A stretch of DNA of 63,643 nucleotides, counting the filler, from Stramenopiles sp. TOSAG23-2 (taxonomy: Eukaryota): NCBI GenBank assembly GCA_900128395.1. It is 10 parts of 10 records of this genome, joined end to end, with 100 filler letters (N's around TTAATTAATTAA, not from the genome) between each part and the next. Parts side by side here need not be neighbours in the genome. Positions count along the whole stretch, not along the records: positions 15,233 to 22,741 come from LT650308.1; positions 22,842 to 30,339 come from LT650309.1; positions 30,440 to 37,931 come from LT650310.1; 7 more parts are not named here. One strand, 5' to 3'. Shown here piece by piece: positions 21,083 through 33,203 of the stretch. The notes beneath the pieces were generated by a model, which made no database searches, was not told the origin of the DNA, and saw only the letters and a program-made list of their open reading frames with translations. The translations under genes and the position numbers were made by a program. Each line of letters starts with the position of its first letter. Within the stretch, counting starts at the first letter, position 1.

Positions 21083-22332
21083 TCACGAGCGACTTGTGAA
21101 TTGCCTAGCTTCAGCTAATGTAGCCTCCATCTGATCTAAAGTAGAACCAAATGTATTCCCACGTTTACCTGATGGTGGTGATGATCGTGATAAAATATTA
21201 TTATATGGTGACATCGAAATATCCATAGTAGTCGTCTGTAAAAGCGGGCTGCTGCTTTTTTTTAGGGAAAAATTATTCGTAATGTTCACGTTTTCTACAC
21301 CTTTTGCAGCATTCCAATGTTTTTGATCGATTCCATATTCTGCCAATGTCAATTCTAACGCACGTGTACGATTTCGACTATCTAATAATGACTTTTTCAA
21401 CACATCAATAATAGCGGATAATTTATTGTGTTCATGCCGACTTGTTTCATATTTCATCTTTAATGTAATTGTGTCGCCATTTATTTTACTTAATGCAGGA
21501 GTCATCTCATCGCATAATTGTTCCGCTTTCTCTGCACGGCTTAAAAGTGCATTGATTTGACCTTCAGATTTACTTTTAAATATTTTCAACTCAGATTCAA
21601 GGGCCAATGAAATTCGCTCTTGCTCATCTGCACGTTTCAATGCATCGCCTAATTGCATTTTCAACTCACTTTTACTTGAATGCAAGGCATTTTGTACACG
21701 TCGTAATTTATTTTCAGCAGATATTTTTTGATTGATAGCAACACCTAATTTTCTATGGAGCTCGCTGTTTTTCATATTACGAGCACCATGAACGGTTCTT
21801 AATTGCATTTCCGCTTTTTCCAATCGTTTTTTTACTTTCATTAATTCTTTTTTATGCTCTTTTTCTTTATTTTCCATTTTTGATAATTTTCCATTATATT
21901 CTTTGATCAATGTTTTGTTTTCTATCCTAACCTTTGCTACTTCCGGTTCTAGATTTTTTAATTTTTCTTTTAAATTTGATTCCCGTTTCAATGATTTTCT
22001 CAATTCATTTTCACTTAATTTAATTGCTTCTGTTAAAGAATCCAATCCTTTCTCTGCTTGTATTGCACGATGTAATAAAGAATTTTTCTTATCAATTTCC
22101 ACTTTGTTTAAATTGTCACGCGCATTCGCTTTTTTTAACTCCACAGTACAAGTTTTTAATTGTCTTACTGATTGATTTCGTTCTCTACGATATTTAACTA
22201 CTTGTGCTTGCCGTCTCAATCTATCAATTGCTGAGCTTAAAATAATTCCTACATCAACAATATCTTTGTAAAGTTGTTTTGTTACGATATTGTTCTTTGC
22301 ATCTCCATGTAAATTAACGATTTCCATTGCAC
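21083..22332 (-). CDS. Coiled-coil protein (~414 aa); possibly the terminal exon of a longer gene
   Basis: Long K/E/L heptad-rich ORF. A (TA)n-CAG acceptor-like sequence lies just upstream (CAG at 22333-22335, minus strand). Confidence 0.65.
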
Positions 22333-22841
22333 CTGTATATATATATATATATATATATCGTATAAAGTGGTTAGCATGTGTGAGTATATTTTAAGTGTTT
22401 CGCTATGTATCGGAGATATATATAAAAACCCAGGAAACAAGCAAAAACAACAACAAAAAGATCCACGTGTCGGATGGTAGTGCATGTATAATAACATCAT
22501 GAACTTTGTGTTGTGGGGGTTCTTAAGTCCCACAACAGCTCAGTTGAAAATTACAGATATCGTCATTCACGGTTACTTGCGTTGTTTAAAATGTTTGCGC
22601 AATGATCTCAGATCGAGAAAAACAATGTTGGTAAGAAAAAAAAAAACAATAATAATAATATGCATAATAATATTTTCTTATTTGTGGTCGGATGGTAGTG
22701 CATGTATAATAACATCATGAACTTTGTGTTGTGGGGGTTCTNNNNNNNNNNNNNNNNNNNNNNNNNNNNNNNNNNNNNNNNNNNNTTAATTAATTAANNN
22801 NNNNNNNNNNNNNNNNNNNNNNNNNNNNNNNNNNNNNNNNN

Positions 22842-23155
22842 AGTGTCCTGACAATGATCGTTCTAATAATTTAAATAACAATTCAACACAACCTAATTCT
22901 GCTAAATATCTCCTATATTCTTGTGATGATACGCTGGAACCTTTACATAAATTATTAAATATAGTTGCTATGTTTTCTAAAATATGTTCCGGTATGTTTC
23001 CATCATCATAACTATCTACTGAATTGATTAACATTGGTAATACTTTTTTCCAACAATCTAATGGCTTTTGTTGTTGACTATGTACTTTTCTTGATATAGA
23101 TGCAACAAATACACCAAATGCTTCATCACATGAATCATGTTTTTGGATACTTGTT
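22842..23155 (-). CDS. Armadillo/HEAT-like helical protein fragment, bounded by a linker and an N gap
   Basis: Open frame ...ILENIATIFNNLCKGSS...YRRYLAELGCVELLFKLL resembles an ARM repeat. Confidence 0.55.
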
Positions 23156-23380
23156 NNNNNNNNNNNNNNNNNNNNNNNNNNNNNNNNNNNNNNNNNNNNN
23201 NNNNNNTTAGATGGCAGCTATTTTGAAAGTATCATTCAATGTATTTGATTTACTTTTTACACGATATTCAATCTCTTTTAAAATTTATATATTTTTTAGT
23301 AAATATATGCACAAAAATAATAAAAAATACTTATTTTTATCCAATAAATCGTTACACAAACACACCACAGAAAAGAATTC

Positions 23381-23557
23381 ATGCAACTCATCATCGACGG
23401 CGACGAATATCAACCTGAAAAATTATACACGGGAACAGCATTGGGGAATGGTCAGTTTGGTTTTAAGGTTGATATCGAAGCAAATCCGTTGGTGGTGATG
23501 TGTGCATGTGTACCAGGTAGAAAAATGGTGAAAATCGGGAACGAGAACGTTAAATGA
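23381..23557 (+). CDS. Possible 58-aa small ORF or exon (MQLIIDGDEYQPEKLYTGTALGNGQFGFKVDIEANPLVVMCACVPGRKMVKIGNENVK)
   Basis: Shorter than any ORF in the track. Higher GC than its flanks, globular-looking composition, preceded by an acceptor-like CACAG. No family recognised. Confidence 0.25.
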   Translation: MQLIIDGDEYQPEKLYTGTALGNGQFGFKVDIEANPLVVMCACVPGRKMVKIGNENVK

Positions 23558-24194
23558 GGTGTGTCTGTGTTGTCTGTGTTGTCTCTGTGTGTCGTATATT
23601 CGGGATATGTTATATATATATATTCTATCTATTATAGATATATAGAATATATAGACAAAAAAAAAAAAAAAATGAGATTCTTCTTAATATCATCATCATC
23701 ATCACTATATCATGTCGTCCTCCATCTTTCACTTTCCCATTTTGATAGGAACACTTTACAAAAGTTAAGTATAAAAACATACTATAATAGTAAGGCTAGT
23801 AGTAGAGCTAATTTAAATTGCAACTTGCAACGCAAAAAAAACTTTGCCGGCCTTCATCCTTGCTACAGTATTCCCTTAATACAGCTTTCTAGACTTTACG
23901 ACCTGCCTGCACTTTACCAATTTCTTCAATTCCTGGTTCCTGGAATGCTGGAATAAATACGTGCTGCTACCAGGTACGTGCATGCTAATAGATTTATATA
24001 GAAGTCTAAGTCTTCTTCTTCTAAATTTATATAATAAAATAATATATAATTTATATTATGTTGCAGTAGACGACCAGTAGACGATTAAGATTTTTTCTGA
24101 TATATATATAGACATATTATTATTGATCGCAAAAGCAGAATAATTGTTACAGATAGATAAATCGTATATAAACAATTACCAAAATAAAAAAAAA

Positions 24195-25400
24195 ATGACA
24201 AGTTTCGGCTCTTCAAGTACAAAGTTATTTTCCACGGAAGATGCAAAATTTCCATGTGTACGTATACAGAATTTACAAAGTGATGCAGGACAAAGATTAA
24301 ATGGCAAAATAGGTCGAAATACAACTGTATCTCCATATTTTATGATACCTGCAAACATGTCAAGAAGTGGAATTGACATACCTGTTCAAGCATTTATGCA
24401 ATTAGATGGATTTGAACGACCTGGTCTTGTCCTTTATTATTCTGCTCATGCTGGGAAAGATGTCTTGAAAAAAGCATTAGTAGCTCATCAATTTATAAAT
24501 GAGAATGAAAATGATGATGAAGAGATTGAAAATCAAATAAAAGATTGGGGAAAGTTAGTCATACCTTATTGCACTGTTACCAGTCCATGTTATGATGATC
24601 ATCTTCGAAATAATATCCTTGGTATAAAAGAGGCTGTATTTAATGTAACAAAATATCCAAATGAATGTAACGCTGTGTTTGCTGCTGGCATTGCAACTAT
24701 TCAATCTCAGAAAGGTACAGTAGAAATGGGTTTTTACAAAGGGCATCCAATTTGTAAAATAAATGCGCCTGTATGTAAATGTGCAAGTGAAGAAGATGGA
24801 GGACATATTTTATATGATGAAGATACGAGGAGGCAAGAAATTAAACTTCCTGGTATCAGGTATAGGCAGCTTATTAAGAAAGCAAATTTGACGCCAGTAT
24901 TAGATTCAGATCTTGTACAAGTTATTCGATTACATGCAAAAGGTGAAAATTGCCATGGTATGATGGAAGTTCTTTTATATCCTTCGGATCATCCAATGTT
25001 CGAAGAAAGTGGCAATAGTCCAGTCATGGAACGATGTGGCATACCATTAGTCATTAAAAAAGTGAAACCAAAATCTAAACTTACTCATCAAGCTGAATAT
25101 GATAATCAATGGGCAACGTGGTGCATGATAGATACCGTATACGGCATGGCACCCATGGAGTGGCAAAAAGGAGTTGGTCCTGTTTTAATTTATAGGCCTG
25201 GAGGGTTGAATTTTAACGATTCCGATATGGATATAGTTGGAGATTATCTTGGCCATTTGCTAGATTGCTTTGGTGATGATCCTGAACATGCACATAGAAT
25301 GATGACACCAACAGCTTTTCAAGAATTCAAAAATAATTTAATTCAATGTAGAGAAGAGAACCAAAATTTATTTCTTGAAATGAACGGCGGCAGCTTATAA
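24195..25400 (+). CDS. Conserved hypothetical protein (401 aa)
   Basis: ATG at 24195. N-terminal VRIQNLQS..GQRLNGKIG motif. C-terminal DNQWATW.MID...GMAP.EWQ..VGPV..YR motif recalled from algal/fungal uncharacterised (often MYND-associated) proteins. Confidence 0.75.
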   Translation: MTSFGSSSTKLFSTEDAKFPCVRIQNLQSDAGQRLNGKIGRNTTVSPYFMIPANMSRSGIDIPVQAFMQLDGFERPGLVLYYSAHAGKDVLKKALVAHQFINENENDDEEIENQIKDWGKLVIPYCTVTSPCYDDHLRNNILGIKEAVFNVTKYPNECNAVFAAGIATIQSQKGTVEMGFYKGHPICKINAPVCKCASEEDGGHILYDEDTRRQEIKLPGIRYRQLIKKANLTPVLDSDLVQVIRLHAKGENCHGMMEVLLYPSDHPMFEESGNSPVMERCGIPLVIKKVKPKSKLTHQAEYDNQWATWCMIDTVYGMAPMEWQKGVGPVLIYRPGGLNFNDSDMDIVGDYLGHLLDCFGDDPEHAHRMMTPTAFQEFKNNLIQCREENQNLFLEMNGGSL

Positions 25401-25734
25401 GCTCTGTCAAAACTAATTTTTTTCTTGATTAAGGTATAGTTTTGTAGCCAATTTGATAGGGATAGCAGAAGATACAGTATATGTATAATATGTTAAAATA
25501 TGTATACTGTATATTAAGGCATTTTGCCAAAAATTGTTGCAACAAACAAACAAACAAAAAAAAAAAGAGAAAAAAAAAGAAAAAAATGGGAGAACGTCGT
25601 CCAGACACTCGTCTATAAATTATAGACGTCTCTCCTTGTGTCTTATAATTTGTATGAATACAGAAGAAAGAAGAGAAAGAGACGACAGACACAGTATACT
25701 ATATAATAGATCATACAACAAACAGAGATATAAA

Positions 25735-26271
25735 ATGAAAGGACAATCATATTATTTAATCGTAGCAATGTTGCTTATTGCAATATTATCTAATACACTT
25801 ATCGATGGAAAAAAAACTATACCAAAATCAAAAAATATACATAAAAAAACGGATGATGATAATGTAAATAAGAATGGTAATAAAGATGTTATTGATGATG
25901 AGGATAAAGCAGGTGGCTTTGGGGATGATCCAAATGATATGTTTGGATGGAAAGATTGGCGTCATGCATTTGAATTGACAGACTCTGACGAAGACGGTAA
26001 ATTGCATTTGTCAGATATCAATGCTTTATTTAAGGAACATTTTAATAAAATTCATGCTGGTATTCCACACGCATCAGGTGGGGACCGTGTGACAAGAGAG
26101 GTTGAAGATGTATTTTTAGAAGAAGCAAAATTATTTACAGAGCACGTGAAAGGTATGGGTTCAAGTGATGTAAAAACATTTGATTTCAAAGAATTTAAAT
26201 CAATGATGACAATGTTTATGCATGCAAGGGCAGATGTACAAGCTTTACTTGATAAAGCTCAAGATTTGTAA
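25735..26271 (+). CDS. Secreted or ER-lumen EF-hand protein (178 aa)
   Basis: ATG at 25735 followed by a signal peptide (YYLIVAMLLIAILSNTLIDG). EF-loop DSDEDGKLHLSD, a second degenerate EF-hand, C-terminus AQDL. Confidence 0.7.
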   Translation: MKGQSYYLIVAMLLIAILSNTLIDGKKTIPKSKNIHKKTDDDNVNKNGNKDVIDDEDKAGGFGDDPNDMFGWKDWRHAFELTDSDEDGKLHLSDINALFKEHFNKIHAGIPHASGGDRVTREVEDVFLEEAKLFTEHVKGMGSSDVKTFDFKEFKSMMTMFMHARADVQALLDKAQDL

Positions 26272-26685
26272 ATCAAAAAAATCAAAATGAAAAAAAAAGT
26301 TTATAATTTATATAAAACGCGGCGAAGAATTCGTACGTTGTAAAAATTGAGTTGTACGGTATGTGTTTATACGCGCGTCGAAAAGAGAGAGAGCGAGAGA
26401 GGAGAGGTAAATAAAAAATGCGTGCGTAAAATATTCTAAAATATTCAAAATACGAATATTAATACATGATATATATATATATAATGTTTTTTACTTCGTA
26501 AATCACCGTATATAAAATGTAAATATTATTACACACACATGTGTGTGCGTAAATTTAAAAATTTTTTACGGGCATCATACTGGCATACGAAGTCCGTATA
26601 TATATATATCATATGATACGAAAATATCTTATCATCATACACATCACTTTTTTATATATAATTAAAATATTTAAAAAATTAAAAA

Positions 26686-27423
26686 TTAATAACCATATCC
26701 ACCACCACCTCTTCCACGATATCCACCTCTTCCACGATAACCTCCACGTCCTCTGTATCCACCACGGAATCCACGACCTCTTCCACGATAACCACCACGA
26801 CCTCTTCCACGAAAACCACCACGACCTCTTCCACGAAAACCACCACGACCTCTTCCACGGTAACCACCTCGACCTCTAGAAGCATTAAAACCAAATGTAT
26901 TTGTTCGTTTTGCAGTTACTTTTAATTTTCTACCACGAAATTCAGAATCATCAAGTAACAAAGCGTTTTCCAAACCAGCTTTTTCAACAAATTCAATGTA
27001 TGCAAAACCTCTTGGTTGCTTCGAATATCTATCCACAGGGATGGTGATTAAATTAATACCACCACATGGCTCAAAATGTTTATGCAATTCACTTGCTGTT
27101 GCTTCATAATCTACTTCTCCTACAAATATTGATAATTCATCGTTTGCTACAGGTTGTTCAGTTTCACCTTCTGGTTTTGCACTATTATTATCAATACTAC
27201 CACTATTATCTTGTGTTGTCGTTTCAACTGCAGTTTCTTCCTCCTTATCACCATCGCCACCCCCATCATTATTTTCCTCTGCAGCTGCTTCCTCTAATAA
27301 TCTTGCTTCCTCTGCTTCCATTTCTGCAATTTGTCTTTTCATCTCTTCAATATCTTCATCCTGTTCTTCCTCTTCTTCTTCTTGTCCTTTTTTCTTCGGC
27401 GATGCCGCTTTTCTTTTTGACAT
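26686..27423 (-). CDS. PABPN1: Nuclear polyadenylate-binding protein (PABPN1/PABP2)
   Basis: Acidic coiled N-terminus, RRM SIFVGEVDY...PRGFAYIEF...FRGRKLKVTAKRTN, C-terminal RGG repeats. Confidence 0.9.
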   Translation of the reverse strand: MSKRKAASPKKKGQEEEEEEQDEDIEEMKRQIAEMEAEEARLLEEAAAEENNDGGGDGDKEEETAVETTTQDNSGSIDNNSAKPEGETEQPVANDELSIFVGEVDYEATASELHKHFEPCGGINLITIPVDRYSKQPRGFAYIEFVEKAGLENALLLDDSEFRGRKLKVTAKRTNTFGFNASRGRGGYRGRGRGGFRGRGRGGFRGRGRGGYRGRGRGFRGGYRGRGGYRGRGGYRGRGGGGYGY

Positions 27424-27823
27424 GATTGAAATTTTGCTTTTAATAAAAAAATTTGGACCCTACACTTTTGTAATTATTCTGTTTTTTTGGTTTCTTAAAA
27501 GTTATATGAAAGTATATATAGTATAAGAGTGTAATGTGTATATGTAGATCACTATTTTTTGAATATAATAATTTATAAATAAATTGTTTCATTCATTTTT
27601 TTGTTATCATGTTGTTGCTCATCTAGTTTTATGTGCGTGGTGGTGGTGCTGTGTTGCTAGAGTGCTGCTTATTATTTATTCGTGAAGAAGAATGGACCAA
27701 CAGATCAATATAGGGAAAAGAAAGAATTTAGTATACAATAAGTACAAAATATTTCTGAATAAAAATATATACTTTTCTTATATATATATAGCACACTATA
27801 TTCTATTTTTTTTTTTATTATAA

Positions 27824-29850
27824 TTAATACATGCTTTCAATCAATTCATGATATCGTTTCGAGATATCATTTCGTTTCATACTTAATTTTGGTGTTAATA
27901 AACCATTTTCAATGGAAAATGGTTCATCGATTATTGTAAATTGATGTGGCACTTCATAACTTTTACCTAATTTATCATCATTTTCTAATTTATCTAATTC
28001 ATCTTGAAACAATTGCTTTAATGCATCATTATTTACATATGCTGATGGATTTGTCACTTCTTCGCCTTTTTCTATACCTAATTCTACCGCACATGCATCA
28101 AAATCTGGGACTATTAAAAGTACATTATATTCTTTATTTAAACCATAAACAAAACATTGTTGTACATATGGTGACCATAATTTAAATTTATCTTCCACAT
28201 TACCAGGTACAACAAATTTTCCATTTGTTAATTTATATTGTTCCGATGCCCTTCCAGTAATTTTAAGTACATTATCTTTTGATAAAATTCCTAAATCTCC
28301 AGTTCGAAAAACACGATCGTTGCTACCATCTGGTCGTATATAGATAACTTCTTCTGTAGCATCTTCCCTTTTATAATAACCTTTCATAATATTACTTCCT
28401 ACAACACATATTTCCCCTTCTTCCCCATTTTCCAATTCTTCCATTTCATTTGGTTTTACTATAATGATTTCAACTCCAGGAACTGCTTGCAAACCACCTT
28501 GTGTTTTTTCTGTTGGCCCATACCTTTCTAATGCAACGACTGGTGATGTTTCCGTCAATCCATAACCTTCTAACATTGGAATACCAATATCACCAAACCA
28601 TTGTTGAATAATTGGTGACAATGCACCACCACCAGTACAACAAAATTTAATTCGACCACCTAACAGGTTTGTTACACTAGAAAATATAAAACGTTGCACA
28701 AAATTCCATTTTAAAAATAATAATGGTGCAAATCCTTCTTTACCTTCATCAAACCATTCTCTACGTTCTCTTGCTACTTTCATACCAAAATTAAATAATT
28801 TTGCTTTTGTTTCATTGGTTGCTAATTTTGCCCGTACACCATCATAAATTCTATTATACATCATTGGGACAGTTAATAATACAGTTGGTTTTACTTCTTG
28901 GATATCTTCCATAATACTATCACGATCTGTTATTCCCATTGATCCACCTGCATTAATAATATCTGTAATGTATATGTGTATTTTTGTATTTGAGAAAGAG
29001 TATTTTATATATGTTGTTAGATACGTTTTATTTATTAATGCGTTTAGAGTATAGTGGTATATATATATATAATCGGATATTACATACTGTGCAATTCCAT
29101 CGTTTGACCATAAACATGTGCCCATGGAAGAATTGATAAGGTAACAGTATCAGAATCAATTCTATCACCAAATAATTTTGCAACAGATAATATATTAGAA
29201 CATATATTTTCATGTGTTAACATGACACCTTTTGGCTTGCCTGTCGTTCCACTTGTATAAATTAAAGACGCAACATTTTGAGGCATAATATTATTTTCAA
29301 TGTCATTTGTAATAGTAATATCTTCACACCATGAACTAAATGATTCATTAGAATTACTATCTGTATTTTCAAAATTCACAACGGGTATATTTGATAATGA
29401 AGGTATGCCACTTAAACCAGAACGTACTTCATCAGTTTGTGCGAACACAATTTTTGCATCACTATCATTGATTATATAATCCCACTCTTCTTTTTTTTGA
29501 TTTGGATACAATGGGACTACGGGCATACCTAAGGCATATCCAGCATATGCAGTTATCGCCCATTCTTTTGAGTTATTACTGATGATAGCAAGTTTATCAC
29601 CATTTTTAAAACCTTCTTGATGTAGTTTATGCTTTAAATTTTGTGTTACTTTGCCAAATTCATCGTACGTTATCCATTCAAATGTATTTGTATCCTTATT
29701 TTTCGTACCTATTAATTTTTGATTCGGAAATTCTTGAACTGCTTTTTCATATAAATCATTTAATGTATGAAAGGGCGAAGCAGAAGTTGTTGATACTATA
29801 ATTGACGATATGGCACGATGACGACGCAACGAACCAGTTAATGTTAACAT
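27824..29850 (-). CDS. Long-chain acyl-CoA synthetase, 2 exons (29088-29850 + 27824-28962), 633 aa, likely mitochondrial presequence
   Basis: YTSGTTGKPKG, EGYGLTET, FRTGDLG and PKLSMKR motifs. The 125-bp intron 28963-29087 (GTATGT...CTAAC...TACAG) joins the two ORFs in frame (MELH-N-IINAGG). Confidence 0.92.
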
Positions 29851-30791
29851 TTTCGTATAATACAGTCGCTGTTCTTGTAAATTTATATATATGTATATAT
29901 TTATCTAATTTAATAATAATCCAAAAAGAAGAAAGATTTTCAAATGAAACGTATTCTCTTTTTCTACTATACGGATAATAGTGATATATATATATACCCG
30001 GAGAAGCTTATCGCTGCTATTAAAGCATCAAATCACTTGCGTCAAAAAAAAGAGAAAGGAGATAGAGAAAATGACAAATCTCTCTCTCTCTCTGCTCGCT
30101 CTCTTTTTGTAAAAAAGAAATGTGTATTTTTGTATTGAAAAATGGGGTTAAATAAAAAAATCAGATCGATAATTATAATAAAATGACAACCTGTCGAGAC
30201 ATTTAAGGTTTTTCATCGATTTGGTGATTGTTGAGACCGAATCCCGACACCATCATGGCTTATACTATACGGCCAGGACTAAACCCATGAAAGGGCGTAC
30301 CTTCTACGGCCACGCTCAGTTTATGTACAAGTACAAAAANNNNNNNNNNNNNNNNNNNNNNNNNNNNNNNNNNNNNNNNNNNNTTAATTAATTAANNNNN
30401 NNNNNNNNNNNNNNNNNNNNNNNNNNNNNNNNNNNNNNNTCTTTATTTTGCTTACATTTATTTTCAAATTTTAAATAAATAAAAAATAATTTTATTTACC
30501 AACAATCTTCTAACCAAAAACAACAACACAAGAAAAAATGGAAGAAGTACGTATAGTGAAGAAGAAGGCGAAAAGAAAGCAACAGAGGGAAAAAATAGTA
30601 TCATAACAGTGATGATGGAGGAGGAAACGGAGATCATGATGATGAGATATAGTTCTTTTGTGTGTAAAATAAAAAATATACGAAATAATACGAGTATATT
30701 CGTTTTTTGCTTATATATAATGATGGCAAAGTTATCGCAGTCTAATTTTTCGCATCTTCTATAAAAATTATTTTTAAATTTTACGCAGAAT

Positions 30792-32330
30792 TCATTTTTT
30801 ATTTTTATTTGCAAAATATTGATCGAGAATATTGTATAAAAAATGCACCCAAACATCCGAACTTCCTGGATAGCAAAAATGTAAGCAATCAGAATATTTG
30901 TCAGAACAATCTTTGCAATTATTTTTACCAGGATGTTGATCTATACGTAAATTTGTGGGTCCTGAATCCAAAACGACAAATCTTCCTTCCAGTTCTTTGC
31001 GGTTTTTAAATGCTTTTTCAAATATTCCTAACTTTTGTTGCTTTTGTAGTAAATCCCATGAATGTAACATCGCATCCGAAGCATTATATTTATATGATCC
31101 TTCATTCATTTCCCTTGGTTTTGTTGCACCATCACAAGAAGGTTGATACAAAGGTGTCTTTAACCAAATTAATAAACCTTTGAAGTTGCTTTTTGCAATA
31201 AATCTAGCAAGATTATTAGCAATAATTTCTAGAGTTGCACCGGATGCTAAATATGGAAAAATATTATGAAGATGGGCTCCCATATTTATCACAAATACAT
31301 GGGCATCAGGTAAAAAACGACTCCAATCATTATAAGCTCCTTGATATTCTGGACTGATGGAATCATCCGTTGGGCAGAATCTTGTTTGTATTTCACATGG
31401 ATGTGCCTTATCCTCGTGTTGGAACTGTTTAAACCGTTTACATTGTTCGCACAATTTTAATTGTATGGAATCCATTGGTTTTAACGTTCTATCATTAAAC
31501 AATATATTTGCTTTAACATATGCTGCTCGCACTCTTGTCAAACTCCATAATGAATTGACAAATTGTTTCATAATTGAATCACCAACAAAAACGATTATTT
31601 TTTTTTTAAATATAGCCAACATATCATTCGCTTTAAATTCACGTAACAGACAAGCAGCAGGTTTCCATGTATAAAAAAGTGAACTAATTTTTTGTTTATA
31701 TACTTTAGGAACTGCTTTCATAGTTTCCGGCCCATAACATACTCTAGCCCTATCTCCTGTATCCCATATACGATTAATGTTTGATGGTGAACCAGTTACA
31801 GATCGAAAATAATTAGCATATACAAAGGGATCCACCGCGAATGGATTTTCAACAGTAGTATATTTGCTACCTCTCAATACGAGCTGGGTCTGTTTTTCTA
31901 ATGCTAAGCTTTTATTGCAATTTTTTATCCATTTACCAATGACATAACTTCGTTCAGTTGACAGCATATTGCAAATTCTATCCCTATATTGATCATACTC
32001 TCCATCCCGTACACCAGATAATGTAATGCATTTTCCACTTATTTTCATATATTCCTCATCAGTGATTATTTTATTATTGTTGTTCTTATGACTCCAAAAT
32101 GATTGTTTCTTACTAGCTTGATCACTTAATTTTAAGACATTTGATGCAGGTTGTAGGTCACTTGATGTGTTGAATATATCTTTATCGTTTTTGAATTTTA
32201 AATTATTAGACGCTAATAACCTTTTTCTATTATATTCTAAGTAAAAAACTGTAAAAAATATTAAGATCCCAACAATAAAAAAACAACGATAATGTGAATC
32301 CTTTCCATGACATATATTATCTTTTCCCAT
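30792..32330 (-). CDS. PC-esterase / trichome-birefringence-like (TBL) SGNH-type O-acyltransferase or esterase, type II membrane protein
   Basis: N-terminal TM helix, YTWKPAACLL, IVFVGDSI (GDS motif), INMGAH, C-terminal DCLHFCYPG..DVW (DxxH motif). Confidence 0.85.
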   Translation of the reverse strand: MGKDNICHGKDSHYRCFFIVGILIFFTVFYLEYNRKRLLASNNLKFKNDKDIFNTSSDLQPASNVLKLSDQASKKQSFWSHKNNNNKIITDEEYMKISGKCITLSGVRDGEYDQYRDRICNMLSTERSYVIGKWIKNCNKSLALEKQTQLVLRGSKYTTVENPFAVDPFVYANYFRSVTGSPSNINRIWDTGDRARVCYGPETMKAVPKVYKQKISSLFYTWKPAACLLREFKANDMLAIFKKKIIVFVGDSIMKQFVNSLWSLTRVRAAYVKANILFNDRTLKPMDSIQLKLCEQCKRFKQFQHEDKAHPCEIQTRFCPTDDSISPEYQGAYNDWSRFLPDAHVFVINMGAHLHNIFPYLASGATLEIIANNLARFIAKSNFKGLLIWLKTPLYQPSCDGATKPREMNEGSYKYNASDAMLHSWDLLQKQQKLGIFEKAFKNRKELEGRFVVLDSGPTNLRIDQHPGKNNCKDCSDKYSDCLHFCYPGSSDVWVHFLYNILDQYFANKNKK

Positions 32331-32596
32331 GACAACGCGTGGGATTGGTATTACTTTCTAGCACAAATCAAGAGGGGGTGCTGGTGGCAGTGGCAATAGT
32401 TGTGGTGGTGGTGATAGGTGAGGATGAATCATATGGTGAAATCATTTTTCCATTTCTTCCTATACACATCATATCTATGTACATATACATTATATATATT
32501 CTCATTTGTTTTCTGATCTTCTTCAATGTATATATAGTGCTATACGGCCGTACGCAGTCCAAAAACTGTAACTGTGGTGATCCACTAACAAAATAA

Positions 32597-32726
32597 CACT
32601 ATTCACTATAGGAAATATGTAAACGTTTTCCAAAATGCCAATTTTATTTTTCATATATTTGTAAAAAATAGCAAATATCCGAAAATATAGAAAAAATTAT
32701 GAATATTTCCCCCATAGTGAATAGTG
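32597..32726. mobile_element. 130-bp MITE-like element with CACTA...TAGTG termini
   Basis: CACTATTCACTAT(AGGAAATAT) at 32597 and (ATATTTCCCCC)ATAGTGAATAGTG ending at 32726. Flanks are ATAA and TTAA. Confidence 0.65.
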
Positions 32727-33203
32727 TTAAGTGTACATTTTTTGCATGTATTAGAGGGTAGCACTGCCTACTGCTACTTGAACACTACATTTATTGCTTA
32801 TATGCCTATATAGCCTATTATATGTATATATGATATGTAATACAGTATTGTAATATGTACGTAGTCGTCTATCAACGATCAACAACATTACAAAAGTGGA
32901 TAGTGCTGTGCGCCTGTGTTTGTTTTGAGGAGAGAGGATCCTCTCCAGTTTTGAGTACGGTCAGTGTTACCGTTTCTTTCGCGTTCTTCGCGTTAAAAAA
33001 CATAGAATTTTCTCCATTTTTAATGAAGCAACATGGAAGAAATACATATTGTAGAAGGCCAAAAAGGAAATACATTGTAGAAAGCAAGAAAGATCAAGCA
33101 AGTCATAATACATTCTCATTTCATCTTACACATAGATAGATACATATCATAGTATATTTACTGCATTAATAACATATTCTATCATATATAGCATTACATT
33201 ATC

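Noticed and set aside
22469-22741. ~55-bp direct repeat (22469 and 22687) as an LTR or element end
   Set aside because: The second copy runs into the contig end and cannot be distinguished from an assembly overlap or a collapsed tandem repeat.
26700-26880. 24-bp tandem repeat and overlapping His-rich/Val-rich ORFs
   Set aside because: Explained by the RGG-coding tail of PABPN1; the other frames are shadows.
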